Shown: in pieces, positions 17,515-26,974 of the stretch
How the letters are laid out: the number at the start of each line of letters is the position of its first letter
Position numbering within the stretch: the stretch's first letter is position 1
Source: an uncultured bacterium
GTDB taxonomy: Bacteria > Patescibacteriota > Minisyncoccia > Phycocordibacterales > UBA918
Length of the DNA stretch: 64,000 nt
NCBI GenBank assembly: GCA_965652925.1
Contig: CBFGXL010000001.1
Span: forward strand, 23,821 to 87,820
Direction of reading: 5' to 3'
The notes under the pieces: generated by a model
What the model was told of the DNA's origin: nothing
What the model saw: the letters and a program-made list of their open reading frames with translations, nothing else
The model's database searches: none
Translations under genes and position numbers: made by a program

Positions 17515-19497
17515 TCAGTGTTTGCCTAAACTCTGCAGCTGCTTGTATTTACGCAGATAATCATCAACAGTCACCACTAATTCAGCATGACTCCAGATAA
17601 GCGGTGCAGTTGAGAGATGCTCGCCAGTATGCGGATGTATCTGTTCCGGCAATACACCCCCTTTGGTTGCATGGGCACATGTCCACTGCAGTATCTCATA
17701 CGGGCGCTTCAGATCGCTGAGCTTCTTCGCAACAAGAATATGGTATTGGGCCATCCACAGTGTAGTGATCACCCATGGATTTGGACTGCCTGCATCCTGC
17801 AGCGTGTAATAATTGTCCCGCTCATACCGTACATACCCTTCGCTTTGTGAATGTACGCGCAGTTTTTCCTCAACCGTTTTAAATGCTGTCTTGATACGAT
17901 CATCCTCAGCATCCACAACACCAAAATACAATGGGCCAAAAAAACTGCTGAGATCAACCGTCGTGTCATATGTTGCATCCTCTGTTTCAGAAACATGTAT
18001 TTGCTTGATGAACATTTTGATATCGTCGCTGTATAAGTGCTCGAGGATTCCTTCGCGCATGCGTTGCGCCACCGCGCTGTACGTGCGCGCCGATTCTTCC
18101 TTCCCGAGAAGATTTGCAAAGTGAGCGGCAGCAACCAATCCGCCGTACACGCACGAAGCGGTGTATGTTGAAATTCCGAATTTTTCCTCCCAAAGATCAT
18201 ATGAATTTCTCGGGAGCCCATACATTGCCTCAATGAAATCACACAAGAAATTTGCCGCTTTCTCAATAAAAGGATTGTAGAGCGATTCAATGAATTCAAT
18301 GTTCTTGGTGATCTCGTAATGCTGCCACAGAGTAAACAGAGGCAATGCTGTCTCATCTTCTTGGATCGGCAGTTCGGGTACACCATTATGCATCCACGGA
18401 TGCCATGAGCTGCCTAAAGTACCGTCGGCACGGTATTTATGCATGAGATAACCGTCACGCTCAATGCGTTCGCTTAAGAATGTAAAGAAGCGCGCTGAGA
18501 CATCAGTGTAGCCCATGCGGTCAAGCGCATGAGCTACAAAAGCACCATCGCGCGGCCACACGTAACTGTATGTATCACGTCCGTGGTGCAGCATATCCGT
18601 ATCGCTTGAAGCAATGATCGCTCCCCGATTGTCAGTGTGCACCCGGATGGTTGTCAGCGAACGCTTGAAGAGCGTCTGCAGTTCCGATGACAAAAGTGAC
18701 AAATCGCGCTCTTCCTTATCTACCCACGCCTTCCAATAGTTCTTCGTTGAAAGAAGCAGCCTGTCAGGAGATTCTTCCAGCACGTGTGCATTGAGGTCAT
18801 GCACATCAGCAATGGTTTGGCCACAGACCACCCAGTAATCAATTTCAGTATGAGAAAGCGCATCCATTTCGCAGGTAATGCCGATAACAGAATCAACAGA
18901 GCCATGCTCGATCGGATTCTTTTCGAGGACCCCGTCTTGTGCATCATGGTATGTCCCCTCTTTTCCTTCAATCCCGAACAGGCCGATGTTGTAATCAGAA
19001 AAACGCTTCCCTTCATGGAAGGCATTGATCAGGAAGCTGCAGTGACCTTTATAGTGAACGATCGCTCCCACGCGCGGATCATAAAATCCAGTGTCACCTC
19101 TCCGTGACTCGGAAATACGGAATTGTTGAGAGAAAAAAACTTTTATCTCCCGTTTTTCATCGCGCTCATTACCTAAAGTAAATGATCGAATAAAAATATC
19201 TTTTTCATTATGGACCGCATCAGCACTTGAGAGTGTCACTCCAATAGCGTTATTGACTGCATGGAGACTACCCACGACTGTTTCCGCGTCCGAACCCACA
19301 ACAATCTCCCACGAAGGATCATCGAGCCAAAACAATGCACCATCGACATATACACCGATGCGGTGGACGAAATTGCCTGAGGCACCGCTTACATGATTGT
19401 TGTGCCCTACAAATGGAAAATAAAAATCACGAACCTGGCCTTTGTAGTCGAGGCCAACAAGCATATTCCCATTTCCTAAAGTGACGGCGCGAGCCAT
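17515..19497 (-). CDS. Glycoside hydrolase family 15 (glucoamylase / glucodextranase / trehalase-like)
   Basis: GH15 hallmark YSYVWPRDGAFVAHAL, 660 aa with an N-terminal beta-sandwich and a C-terminal (alpha/alpha)6 region. Confidence 0.85.
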   Translation of the reverse strand: MARAVTLGNGNMLVGLDYKGQVRDFYFPFVGHNNHVSGASGNFVHRIGVYVDGALFWLDDPSWEIVVGSDAETVVGSLHAVNNAIGVTLSSADAVHNEKDIFIRSFTLGNERDEKREIKVFFSQQFRISESRRGDTGFYDPRVGAIVHYKGHCSFLINAFHEGKRFSDYNIGLFGIEGKEGTYHDAQDGVLEKNPIEHGSVDSVIGITCEMDALSHTEIDYWVVCGQTIADVHDLNAHVLEESPDRLLLSTKNYWKAWVDKEERDLSLLSSELQTLFKRSLTTIRVHTDNRGAIIASSDTDMLHHGRDTYSYVWPRDGAFVAHALDRMGYTDVSARFFTFLSERIERDGYLMHKYRADGTLGSSWHPWMHNGVPELPIQEDETALPLFTLWQHYEITKNIEFIESLYNPFIEKAANFLCDFIEAMYGLPRNSYDLWEEKFGISTYTASCVYGGLVAAAHFANLLGKEESARTYSAVAQRMREGILEHLYSDDIKMFIKQIHVSETEDATYDTTVDLSSFFGPLYFGVVDAEDDRIKTAFKTVEEKLRVHSQSEGYVRYERDNYYTLQDAGSPNPWVITTLWMAQYHILVAKKLSDLKRPYEILQWTCAHATKGGVLPEQIHPHTGEHLSTAPLIWSHAELVVTVDDYLRKYKQLQSLGKH

Positions 19498-19503
19498 GAG
19501 GTG

Positions 19504-19890
19504 TTACATACTATAATTACGCAGGTGCATCTCCACTATTTTTTGTGCACGCTCCTTCTTCCTGGCAGTACGAAGTGCCTGCGCACACTCACTGTCTCCC
19601 AGCACATGTTCTACCCAGTCAGCGAAATCATTTTTTTCTTTGGTGACGTGATGAATGAATATTTCGTCATCCATAGAGCCGAAAGCGAGCTGCAGATCTG
19701 AGAGGTTTCTGAGAATCTGTCCGTCGCGTGACCAGAAGCATTCGCCATCAATTGCACAGACCATCGCCCGAAAGTCTTTTTTAGGAACTGCTTTTTTGGC
19801 AGCTCCTTTTTTTGCTGTTTTTTTAGCGACGGTCTTTTTTGCCGCTTTTTTTGCTGGTGTGGTCTTGGTTGAAGACGTAGGCATATGCAT
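19504..19890 (-). CDS. Small protein with a histone-H1-like Lys/Ala-rich N-terminus and a globular C-terminal domain
   Basis: MHMPTSSTKTTPAKKAAKKTVAKKTAKKGAAKKAVPKK, then a non-repetitive ~85-aa domain. The first 22 codons overlap the GH57 3' end. The coding strand carries four A6-A7 runs. Confidence 0.45.
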   Translation of the reverse strand: MHMPTSSTKTTPAKKAAKKTVAKKTAKKGAAKKAVPKKDFRAMVCAIDGECFWSRDGQILRNLSDLQLAFGSMDDEIFIHHVTKEKNDFADWVEHVLGDSECAQALRTARKKERAQKIVEMHLRNYSM

Positions 19891-21235
19891 TGCTTAACTT
19901 ACGTGAATAAATGGTTATCAAAGAAGCGACAAAATCAACCGCTTTGCCAAACCAGTCTTTGAGCTGGTGTGCAAACGTCATTTCGTATACCTCCTCCACA
20001 ACACGATCTCCCTCCTTTTCTCTGAGTCGTTTTGCTTCTACTGCATGTTGTACCCTTAATTGTAAATCACACAGTGCATTCATGAAAGCAACATATGCAT
20101 CATATGGGGATTGGTACGGAGAGAAGTATGCATGCACATCTCCATCATTGGACCATTTTGTGCACATGTAGTAGAAGTGATCGGATGTCTGCAGCTTGCG
20201 CCATGTTTCAAGCAACTCTCTGTCTTCAGTGTAGAGCACATCCTTTTCCAGTGCGTAGATGGCCTGTATTGCATCCTTTTGGATATCATTGCCTGTCCAG
20301 GCTGTGAGGTCGCGGTCAGTGTCAGCCCACGTCAGGACACTTGGCACATCAATTTCACCCACAGCGTCATAACTCATGATCGTCTCTGATGGCGTCTTGA
20401 AGGAAGTATCAGGATGCTGTGTGAGCATGTGCGGAAATACCTTCATGAAGTTGAATATGCCGGTGTCTTCCCACTGATGCTCACCAAACGTCTCGTAATC
20501 CATGAAGAGGTTGATGGTATTCCCGTCTCCATGGTGCGCATGGATCCAATTTGCGTACGTTTCGGCCTTCAGCGGATAACTCTCCCATCCCTGATTACCA
20601 AAACGGAATGCCAGATCGTCAGAAAGTTTGTAGTTCTTTAAAAGCACTTTGATACGGTTGCAGCCGACGGGCTTGTAGACATAGTTGGGACTGCGCCAGC
20701 CCAAAACAGGATCCCAACCTTCTGCCATGATGCCCAAGTAGCCATGATCTTCGCACCACTTCGCCAGATCGTTGCGGTACGAAAGTTCCGTGTTGCGAAA
20801 AACGCGGGGAGTGTAGTTAAACAACTTATGTATGCGCTGCGCATGTTGGGCGACCTGCCGCTCGAACTCAGGAACCGAATAAAAGAACGCAAGCGAATGG
20901 TGATAGGTATCAGCAAGTATCTCTACGCGGCCGGTTGCCACCAACTCTTGGAAACTTTCAAGCACATCCGGAGCATACGCTTCAAACTGATCAAGCACCG
21001 TGCCTGAAAAAGAAAGAGCGAACCGAAACTCTTCATGCTCATCCAGAAGTTGCTTGAGCACACGATTCATTGGCCGATATGATTTTTCTGCAACCTTCTC
21101 CACGATCTTTTTGTTATTGAGGTCGCTTTCACTTCCGTCATTGAAGTATTGATTGTCATTTCCGATATCAAATACCCGATATCGCTTGACGCGGTATGGC
21201 TGGTGCACATGAAAATAAGGACAGACCGTGAGCAT
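19823..21235 (-). CDS. Glycoside hydrolase family 57 (alpha-amylase / 4-alpha-glucanotransferase / branching-enzyme type)
   Basis: GH57 signatures CPYFHVHQPYR and MDYETFGEH, 470 aa. Confidence 0.85.
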   Translation of the reverse strand: MLTVCPYFHVHQPYRVKRYRVFDIGNDNQYFNDGSESDLNNKKIVEKVAEKSYRPMNRVLKQLLDEHEEFRFALSFSGTVLDQFEAYAPDVLESFQELVATGRVEILADTYHHSLAFFYSVPEFERQVAQHAQRIHKLFNYTPRVFRNTELSYRNDLAKWCEDHGYLGIMAEGWDPVLGWRSPNYVYKPVGCNRIKVLLKNYKLSDDLAFRFGNQGWESYPLKAETYANWIHAHHGDGNTINLFMDYETFGEHQWEDTGIFNFMKVFPHMLTQHPDTSFKTPSETIMSYDAVGEIDVPSVLTWADTDRDLTAWTGNDIQKDAIQAIYALEKDVLYTEDRELLETWRKLQTSDHFYYMCTKWSNDGDVHAYFSPYQSPYDAYVAFMNALCDLQLRVQHAVEAKRLREKEGDRVVEEVYEMTFAHQLKDWFGKAVDFVASLITIYSRKLSNAYAYVFNQDHTSKKSGKKDRR

Positions 21236-21237
21236 GC

Positions 21238-22449
21238 TTATGTAATGAATTCTACCAAACGCCGGTACAAAGAGATAACTTTAGCGGCAGCATGCTTCCA
21301 GGACAGTCTTTTTATCTCATTTCTCCCTTCGCGAACCAGCTGTTCTCTCAAAACCGGATAGCGAAGCGAGGCGAGTATCTTGTTGGCCATTTCTTCTACA
21401 TCCCAAAAATCAACTTTCAGTACGTGTGATACCACTTCCGAAACTCCAGACTGTTTTGATATGAGTGACGGCGCACCGTGCTGTATGGCTTCCAGTGGCA
21501 CAAGACCAAACGGTTCAGACACTGACGGCATAACCACAAGATCAACACTCTGATACATCCGGTCGCGCTCTTCGTACCACAAGGCTCCTGCAAAAATGAC
21601 ATTATTAGAAAGTCCAAGGGCACCCACCTTGTGCATGATCTGTGCAGTCATGTCTCCCTTGCCTGAGATAACAAACACAACGTTGGGGTCAGTATCAACC
21701 ACTTTCCTCGCCGCCTCGACGAAATAGTCCACCCCTTTTTGAATGGTGATGCGTCCATGATAAAGGACGATCTTTTTGCCCTGTGCTTTTAGTTCGCTCA
21801 ATGCTGGCTCGTGACGCAATGGGTCTTCAACATCACAGCCGTTGTGTACCACTTCCACTTTTTGCGGATCCGCATCGTGTTTGTCTATGATAATGTTCTT
21901 GGTAAAGTTGCTTACCGTCACGATGCAATCGGCCATCGCAAATGCCTCCTTCTCAATCTTGAAAACTTCTGGATCAATATTATCGCTTGCCGCCTGATCA
22001 AACGCTGTTGCATGTACATGGAGCACCAAAGGCTTGCCGGTTGCTTTCTTGGCAGCAACACCAGCAAGGTACGAAGTCCAGTCATGCGCGTGGATGAGGT
22101 CAAACTCTTCTTCTTGTGCAATCTGGGCAGCCTTGTGTGCAAAGGCATGCACTTCTTCAAGGATCGTACGCGAGTAAATCACTCTCCGTCCTGTGGAGTC
22201 ATAAACATCAACACGCGTCTGAGAGCCCAGATATGGAACCAGACCTGAACTCACCTCTCTTGTTTTCACCATCTTCTCGACATCTGCAAAGATAAAACGA
22301 GCATTTCCCTGCACTTTTTGCGAACGTGGAAGTACAAAAATAACCTCAACACCTTCATGGGCGAGTTCACGAGTAAGCCCTTGGCACGCTATTCCAAGGC
22401 CTCCTGTTGTTTCTGGGGGGAAATCCCAGCCAAAGGTAAGTACCTTCAT
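21238..22449 (-). CDS. Glycosyltransferase, glycogen-synthase-like (GT4/GT5 GT-B fold)
   Basis: MKVLTFGWDFPPETTGGLG matches the GS-type nucleotide-sugar binding N-terminus. The C-terminal domain (HGRITIQKGVD...FVISGKG) is GT-B-like. It is adjacent to GH57 and GH15. Confidence 0.8.
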   Translation of the reverse strand: MKVLTFGWDFPPETTGGLGIACQGLTRELAHEGVEVIFVLPRSQKVQGNARFIFADVEKMVKTREVSSGLVPYLGSQTRVDVYDSTGRRVIYSRTILEEVHAFAHKAAQIAQEEEFDLIHAHDWTSYLAGVAAKKATGKPLVLHVHATAFDQAASDNIDPEVFKIEKEAFAMADCIVTVSNFTKNIIIDKHDADPQKVEVVHNGCDVEDPLRHEPALSELKAQGKKIVLYHGRITIQKGVDYFVEAARKVVDTDPNVVFVISGKGDMTAQIMHKVGALGLSNNVIFAGALWYEERDRMYQSVDLVVMPSVSEPFGLVPLEAIQHGAPSLISKQSGVSEVVSHVLKVDFWDVEEMANKILASLRYPVLREQLVREGRNEIKRLSWKHAAAKVISLYRRLVEFIT

Positions 22450-22628
22450 TGTACGTGTAAAACAACACTGCCATGATGCATTTTAGGAAATGTGGTGAGA
22501 GTAGGAAATGCAAGAAGCGCCGCAGTGTTAACCCCAGTCTAGCATGAGCTTTTTCATCAAAACCCCAGTTATACTCTGTTTTTAGGCCATTGACTGACAG
22601 TAATTGCTCTGATACTATTGCCGGCACT

Positions 22629-22808
22629 ATGTCACAAGAACGACTCATACGAATGGTTACCAAAGGCGACGAAAACGGCGTCGGCAAAAACCATGTCTAC
22701 TATACGACCTACAATAATAAGGTTAAAAAGGACCCAAGCAAGAAATACGAAGCCAAAAAATACAACCCAGTTGCAAAAAAGCACACAGTTTACACACAGA
22801 AGAAGTAA
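22629..22808 (+). CDS. rpmG: 50S ribosomal protein L33 (Cys-free, non-zinc form)
   Basis: NHVYYTTYNNKVKKDPSKKYEAKKYNPVAKKHTVYTQKK parallels the L33 pattern (NYTTTKNKRNTP.RLELKKY.P...KHT.H.E.K) with no Cys. A promoter-like TTGACT-17-TACTAT sits at 22590-22618 with -10 ~10 nt from ATG 22629, suggesting a near-leaderless mRNA. The start is uncertain: it could also be 22653. Confidence 0.7.
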   Translation: MSQERLIRMVTKGDENGVGKNHVYYTTYNNKVKKDPSKKYEAKKYNPVAKKHTVYTQKK

Positions 22809-22810
22809 AG

Positions 22811-22838
22811 AAAAAGATCGCCTCACGGCGATCTTTTC
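22811..22838. terminator. Bidirectional rho-independent terminator between convergent rpmG and fba
   Basis: AAAGATCGCC-tcac-GGCGATCTTT flanked by A-run and T-run. Confidence 0.6.
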
Positions 22839-22839
22839 T

Positions 22840-23871
22840 TTACTCCTTTTCCATTGTTGATTCATACGCCCCAGTATCCGCGAGACTATTGAGACGAAGC
22901 CGCTTCAGTAGTGCTTCCTGCGCCGCAGCAATATTCTCATCTCTGCCTTGCCATGTCTTCAAAACCGGTTCCTCAATCCCACGTGAATATGAAAAGGCAA
23001 ACTCCCAAGGTAGATCAGTCCGTTTGCTCTCCTGTTCTGCAATAGCATCAAGATTTGCTGTAGCACGTTCTGGTGTCTGCCCTCCTGAGAGGAAAACAAT
23101 CCCTCCCACATCCTCAGGGACAGCGTTTTTGAATGTACGCAATGTCGCCTCAGCAACCTCCTGAGGATTGGTCTGTTCGGGGTACTCGCTTCCCGCAAGC
23201 ACCATGCTACTTTTAAGAATAAGGCCTTTACAGTCAACTTTCTGTTCTTCAAGTGCGTCAAATACAATCTGTAGTGCTTGGGTGGTCACTGCCTCAGCTC
23301 TATGGAGATCGTGGCTTCCCGCGTGCAACACCTCGGGCTCCACCATAGGGACAATGCCAGCCTCCTGACAGAGAGCTGCATAGCGAGCAAGTAAAAAGGC
23401 ATCAGTGCGGATATTCTGGATAGTGGGGGTTGTGGTACCGATAGTAATAACTGCACGCCACTTTGCTGCACGAGCCCCCATGTTGTAGTACTCCTCCAAT
23501 CGTTTGCCGAGATCATCCAGACCTTGCGTAATCACTTCACCGGGGAAATTCGTATGTGGCACCGTACCCTTATCAACTTTAATGATTGGAATAATGCCCT
23601 TTGATATCAAAAGATCAGCAAAAACAATCCCGTCATCCGTGTGATTGCGAATGGTGCCATCATGCATAATCACCCCGGTTACGTACTGCTCTATGCCCGA
23701 AGTAGTAAAGAGAAGCTGGCGGTATTTTCGTCGCATTTCTGCTTCTTCAGGGACACCAACAGCCTTCAGCTGTTTATTCATTGATTCCGGACTCTGGTCA
23801 GCAGCAAGGATGCCTTTGCCCTTTGCCACTAATGCCGCCGCGATATCATACAGTTTTTGTTGATCAGCCAT
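22840..23871 (-). CDS. fba: Fructose-bisphosphate aldolase, class I
   Basis: GKGILAADQS (class I FBA GKGILAADES motif), the Schiff-base lysine region LILKSSMV, and FLSGGQ. Start at MADQQKLYD. Confidence 0.85.
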   Translation of the reverse strand: MADQQKLYDIAAALVAKGKGILAADQSPESMNKQLKAVGVPEEAEMRRKYRQLLFTTSGIEQYVTGVIMHDGTIRNHTDDGIVFADLLISKGIIPIIKVDKGTVPHTNFPGEVITQGLDDLGKRLEEYYNMGARAAKWRAVITIGTTTPTIQNIRTDAFLLARYAALCQEAGIVPMVEPEVLHAGSHDLHRAEAVTTQALQIVFDALEEQKVDCKGLILKSSMVLAGSEYPEQTNPQEVAEATLRTFKNAVPEDVGGIVFLSGGQTPERATANLDAIAEQESKRTDLPWEFAFSYSRGIEEPVLKTWQGRDENIAAAQEALLKRLRLNSLADTGAYESTMEKE

Positions 23872-23922
23872 ACGCCTAGTGTATCGCGTTTGAAAAGCAA
23901 ATTGGCAGTGCAATGTGAGCAA

Positions 23923-24693
23923 CTACGCACGAATCTTCCACCCGATTCTGAACAAATGAAAAACGAGCGCTCCAAGTCCTATGACTAATCCCAAGATGAC
24001 TGCAAGGCCGAGCATCGGGTCGGCTTCACTTACCCCAATCATGCTGTTGCGGATACCGTCAATGAAATAGAAGAACGGATTGAGAAGTGTGATCTGCTGT
24101 GCCAAACCAGGGAGCATTGTTATTGAGTAGAAGATGCCGCCGAGATAGGTAAACGGCGTAATGATAAAAGTATTGAGCATCTGCAACTGTTCAAACCCTT
24201 CGGCCCAGAGTGCAACGATGATCCCGAGCATGGCGAAAATAGAAGACACTGCAGAGACATAGAAAACAAAGCCCAAAGGATCATTGAGTGTCACAGCGCC
24301 AAACAGTACCCCCACGGCAATGATAAGGAACCCCACCAGCAGTGCCCGGATGATCGCTGCAGATACAAAGCCAAAGATCATTTCAAGATAGGAAAATGGC
24401 GCAATCAAAATCTCTTCAATGCCGCGCGTGAAGCGCATAAAATACAAGGCGGAAGAAGCTGAAGCAAATGACGCATTGATAATCGACAGCATCAATATCC
24501 CCGGGAACACAAATGTGATATAGGGAACGCCATTGATCTCGTCGATAGCTGCACCGATGACGGTTCCAAAAATAAATATATAGAGTGCAGCAGAAATAAC
24601 CGGCGCTACAAGAGTCTGCACAACCACGCGGAATGTGCGCTGCACTTCCCTGCGAATAAACGTTCCAATACCGATCCAATTGATTCCATTCAT
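23923..24693 (-). CDS. ABC-2 type transporter permease
   Basis: 6-TM ABC-2 family signature; 256 aa, directly downstream of the ATPase. Confidence 0.8.
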   Translation of the reverse strand: MNGINWIGIGTFIRREVQRTFRVVVQTLVAPVISAALYIFIFGTVIGAAIDEINGVPYITFVFPGILMLSIINASFASASSALYFMRFTRGIEEILIAPFSYLEMIFGFVSAAIIRALLVGFLIIAVGVLFGAVTLNDPLGFVFYVSAVSSIFAMLGIIVALWAEGFEQLQMLNTFIITPFTYLGGIFYSITMLPGLAQQITLLNPFFYFIDGIRNSMIGVSEADPMLGLAVILGLVIGLGALVFHLFRIGWKIRA

Positions 24694-24696
24694 AAC

Positions 24697-25428
24697 TTAT
24701 ATTCCGTTAGTTGCTGTGGTTGATTTTGTGATCTCAAGATATCGATCCTCGAGACTCTTCCCTTCTGCGAGAAAACTTTCCTTCGTTCCTTCTGCGACGA
24801 TCTTCCCATTATTGATAATTGCAATATGGTTACACAAATATTGTACTTCCTCGAGATAATGTGACGTGAGAATAATTGTTTTCCCGCCTTCGTTCATCTC
24901 TTTAAGGTATTCCCACAGCTGCCGGCGCTGCTCGACATCGACTCCTGCAGTTGGTTCATCGAGAATCAGTAGATCAGGAGTGTGTACCAATGCCCTCCCA
25001 AGCATCACACGGCGCTTGAGTCCTCCGGAAAGTTTCTGAAACTTCACATTGCGGTGCTGTTCGAGATCAAACTGCTTGATGAGCGTCTCAACCTTTTCTT
25101 CGCGTTCTTTCTTGGGTGTGCCGTAGTATCCTGCCATGTAGTCCATAAGTTGCGCAGGGGTAGCGAAGATATCAACATTAAATTCCTGAGGAGAAAGTCC
25201 GACTTTAGTACGAGCCACCTTATAATCTTCAACCACATCAGTACCATCTATAAGAATAGTGCCTGAAGTCGGTTGCGCAATTCCCGTGATGCAGTGAATG
25301 GTAGTTGATTTCCCCGCACCATTGGGGCCGAGCAAACCATAGAACATGCCCTTTTGTATGGTCAGGCTGATACCGTTGACTGCCACTTTATCTCCATATT
25401 TCTTGACAAGATCTTTTATTTCAAGCAT
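24697..25428 (-). CDS. ABC transporter ATP-binding protein
   Basis: Walker A GPNGAGKST, signature LSGGLKRR, Walker B LILDEPTAGVD. Start at MLEIKDL. Confidence 0.85.
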   Translation of the reverse strand: MLEIKDLVKKYGDKVAVNGISLTIQKGMFYGLLGPNGAGKSTTIHCITGIAQPTSGTILIDGTDVVEDYKVARTKVGLSPQEFNVDIFATPAQLMDYMAGYYGTPKKEREEKVETLIKQFDLEQHRNVKFQKLSGGLKRRVMLGRALVHTPDLLILDEPTAGVDVEQRRQLWEYLKEMNEGGKTIILTSHYLEEVQYLCNHIAIINNGKIVAEGTKESFLAEGKSLEDRYLEITKSTTATNGI

Positions 25429-25461
25429 TGGTGTTGCATTTTGCATGTGAGGTAGTTTAAC

Positions 25462-26205
25462 ATGCGCATAATGACTCAAGAAGAGAGATGGCTTTTAGAG
25501 AAGTACGAAGGCGAAAAAACCGAAGGTTTTTTCGCCGACGTAGCACGTCTGCATGAAGGAGTGCCGCTTGCGTACCTTATGGGACATGTACCCTTTTTGA
25601 ATACGACCATCTTCCTTGATTCACATCCACTCATTCCACGAGTTGAAACAGAATACTGGACAGGAAAAGCAATTGAATACATCAAACAAGCAGGGATAGA
25701 GACCCCACGTATTCTCGACCTCTGCGCAGGCAGCGGCTGTATTGGAGTCGCTATTGCGAAGGCACTACCAAAAGCAACAATACATTTTGCCGAGATTGAA
25801 GAAAACCATCACGCAACAATCAGAAAAAACCTTGACCAGAACACTATCAATTCCCCTACTGCTATTTTTGGCGGCCATCTTTTTGAAAATACACAACCTC
25901 CGTATGATTTTATTCTCTCCAATCCCCCATACATACGGAATAACAGCGAACACGTCCAGGAGAGCGTGAAGAAATTTGAACCGGCGATCGCTTTGTATGG
26001 CGGTGAGGATGGGACTGATATCATACAAGAAATTATTGCTAAAACCCGGTTGTTCCTTACGCCTGAAGGAACCCTTTTCATTGAACACGAACCTGAGCAG
26101 ACCTCACTCATTGCTGCATATGCAGAGAAACACAACCTTACGGCTGTTGCTCACAACGACCAGTACAATATTCCTCGCTACAGCGTACTGCGTGTGGCAC
26201 AATAG
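25462..26205 (+). CDS. prmC: Release-factor glutamine N5-methyltransferase PrmC (HemK family)
   Basis: DLCAGSGCIGVAIA SAM-binding motif and the NPPY catalytic motif. 247 aa. Confidence 0.8.
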   Translation: MRIMTQEERWLLEKYEGEKTEGFFADVARLHEGVPLAYLMGHVPFLNTTIFLDSHPLIPRVETEYWTGKAIEYIKQAGIETPRILDLCAGSGCIGVAIAKALPKATIHFAEIEENHHATIRKNLDQNTINSPTAIFGGHLFENTQPPYDFILSNPPYIRNNSEHVQESVKKFEPAIALYGGEDGTDIIQEIIAKTRLFLTPEGTLFIEHEPEQTSLIAAYAEKHNLTAVAHNDQYNIPRYSVLRVAQ

Positions 26206-26211
26206 TAGCGT

Positions 26212-26427
26212 ATGACACCTATGGCTTTTGACGCATTATTAGCAACTGGTCTACAGGCACTTTTCTACATCATCACACTCATATTTGTGTTCTACTCGCT
26301 TTTTATCGCGTATCACTGGTTCACCTACGGCAGCAGCAAAACCATCACGACTCTCTCCTTGGCTATTTATCTTTTGGTAAGTGCCCCTCTTTTTATGACT
26401 ATGGCATTCACACTAAGCGTTCTGTAA
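26212..26427 (+). CDS. Small 2-TM membrane protein (71 aa), hypothetical
   Basis: Hydrophobic ORF tightly spaced between prmC and the next gene. No independent support. Confidence 0.35.
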   Translation: MTPMAFDALLATGLQALFYIITLIFVFYSLFIAYHWFTYGSSKTITTLSLAIYLLVSAPLFMTMAFTLSVL

Positions 26428-26429
26428 GT

Positions 26430-26972
26430 ATGATATTCGAGAAAATTGAACTGGAGGAAGATGAGCAGATCGTTGCAGTTATTCGCCGACACTGGTTTTA
26501 CGTCTTTAAACAAGTTTTCTTCGTTTTTGTGCTCATGTTACTTCCGCTTCTGCTTCCCTTTATGACACAATCATTCCTTGTTTCATCAGAGCAGCTCTCC
26601 CTCTATACTCCGCACCTTTTCTTCCTGTACGCCTTTTGGCTTTTAATATTATGGATGATGCTTGCAATGATCTGGACCGATCATTATCTCGACATATGGG
26701 CGATAACCAACAGACGCATCATCAAGATCGACCAAGTTTCATTGTTCAGACGACAGACCGGCAGTTTTCGGCTGGAAAAACTGCAGGACCTTAACGTTGA
26801 GATCAATGGCATTATAGCGACACTGCTTGATTACGGAACAATCCATGCACAAACAGCAAGCGGCAAGGATGACGAATTCACTGCTTCCTACCTTCCAAAA
26901 CCTCAAGAGATAAAAGCTCTCATACTAAAGGCCTCTGATGCACGGATAGAACGTGCCGCTGCTAATATATAA
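26430..26972 (+). CDS. Membrane protein with a bacterial PH (bPH_2 / YdbS-like) domain
   Basis: N-terminal two TMs, then YLDIWAITNRRIIKIDQVSLFRRQTGSFRLEKLQDLNVEINGI, which fits the bPH_2 pattern. Confidence 0.5.
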   Translation: MIFEKIELEEDEQIVAVIRRHWFYVFKQVFFVFVLMLLPLLLPFMTQSFLVSSEQLSLYTPHLFFLYAFWLLILWMMLAMIWTDHYLDIWAITNRRIIKIDQVSLFRRQTGSFRLEKLQDLNVEINGIIATLLDYGTIHAQTASGKDDEFTASYLPKPQEIKALILKASDARIERAAANI

Positions 26973-26974
26973 AC

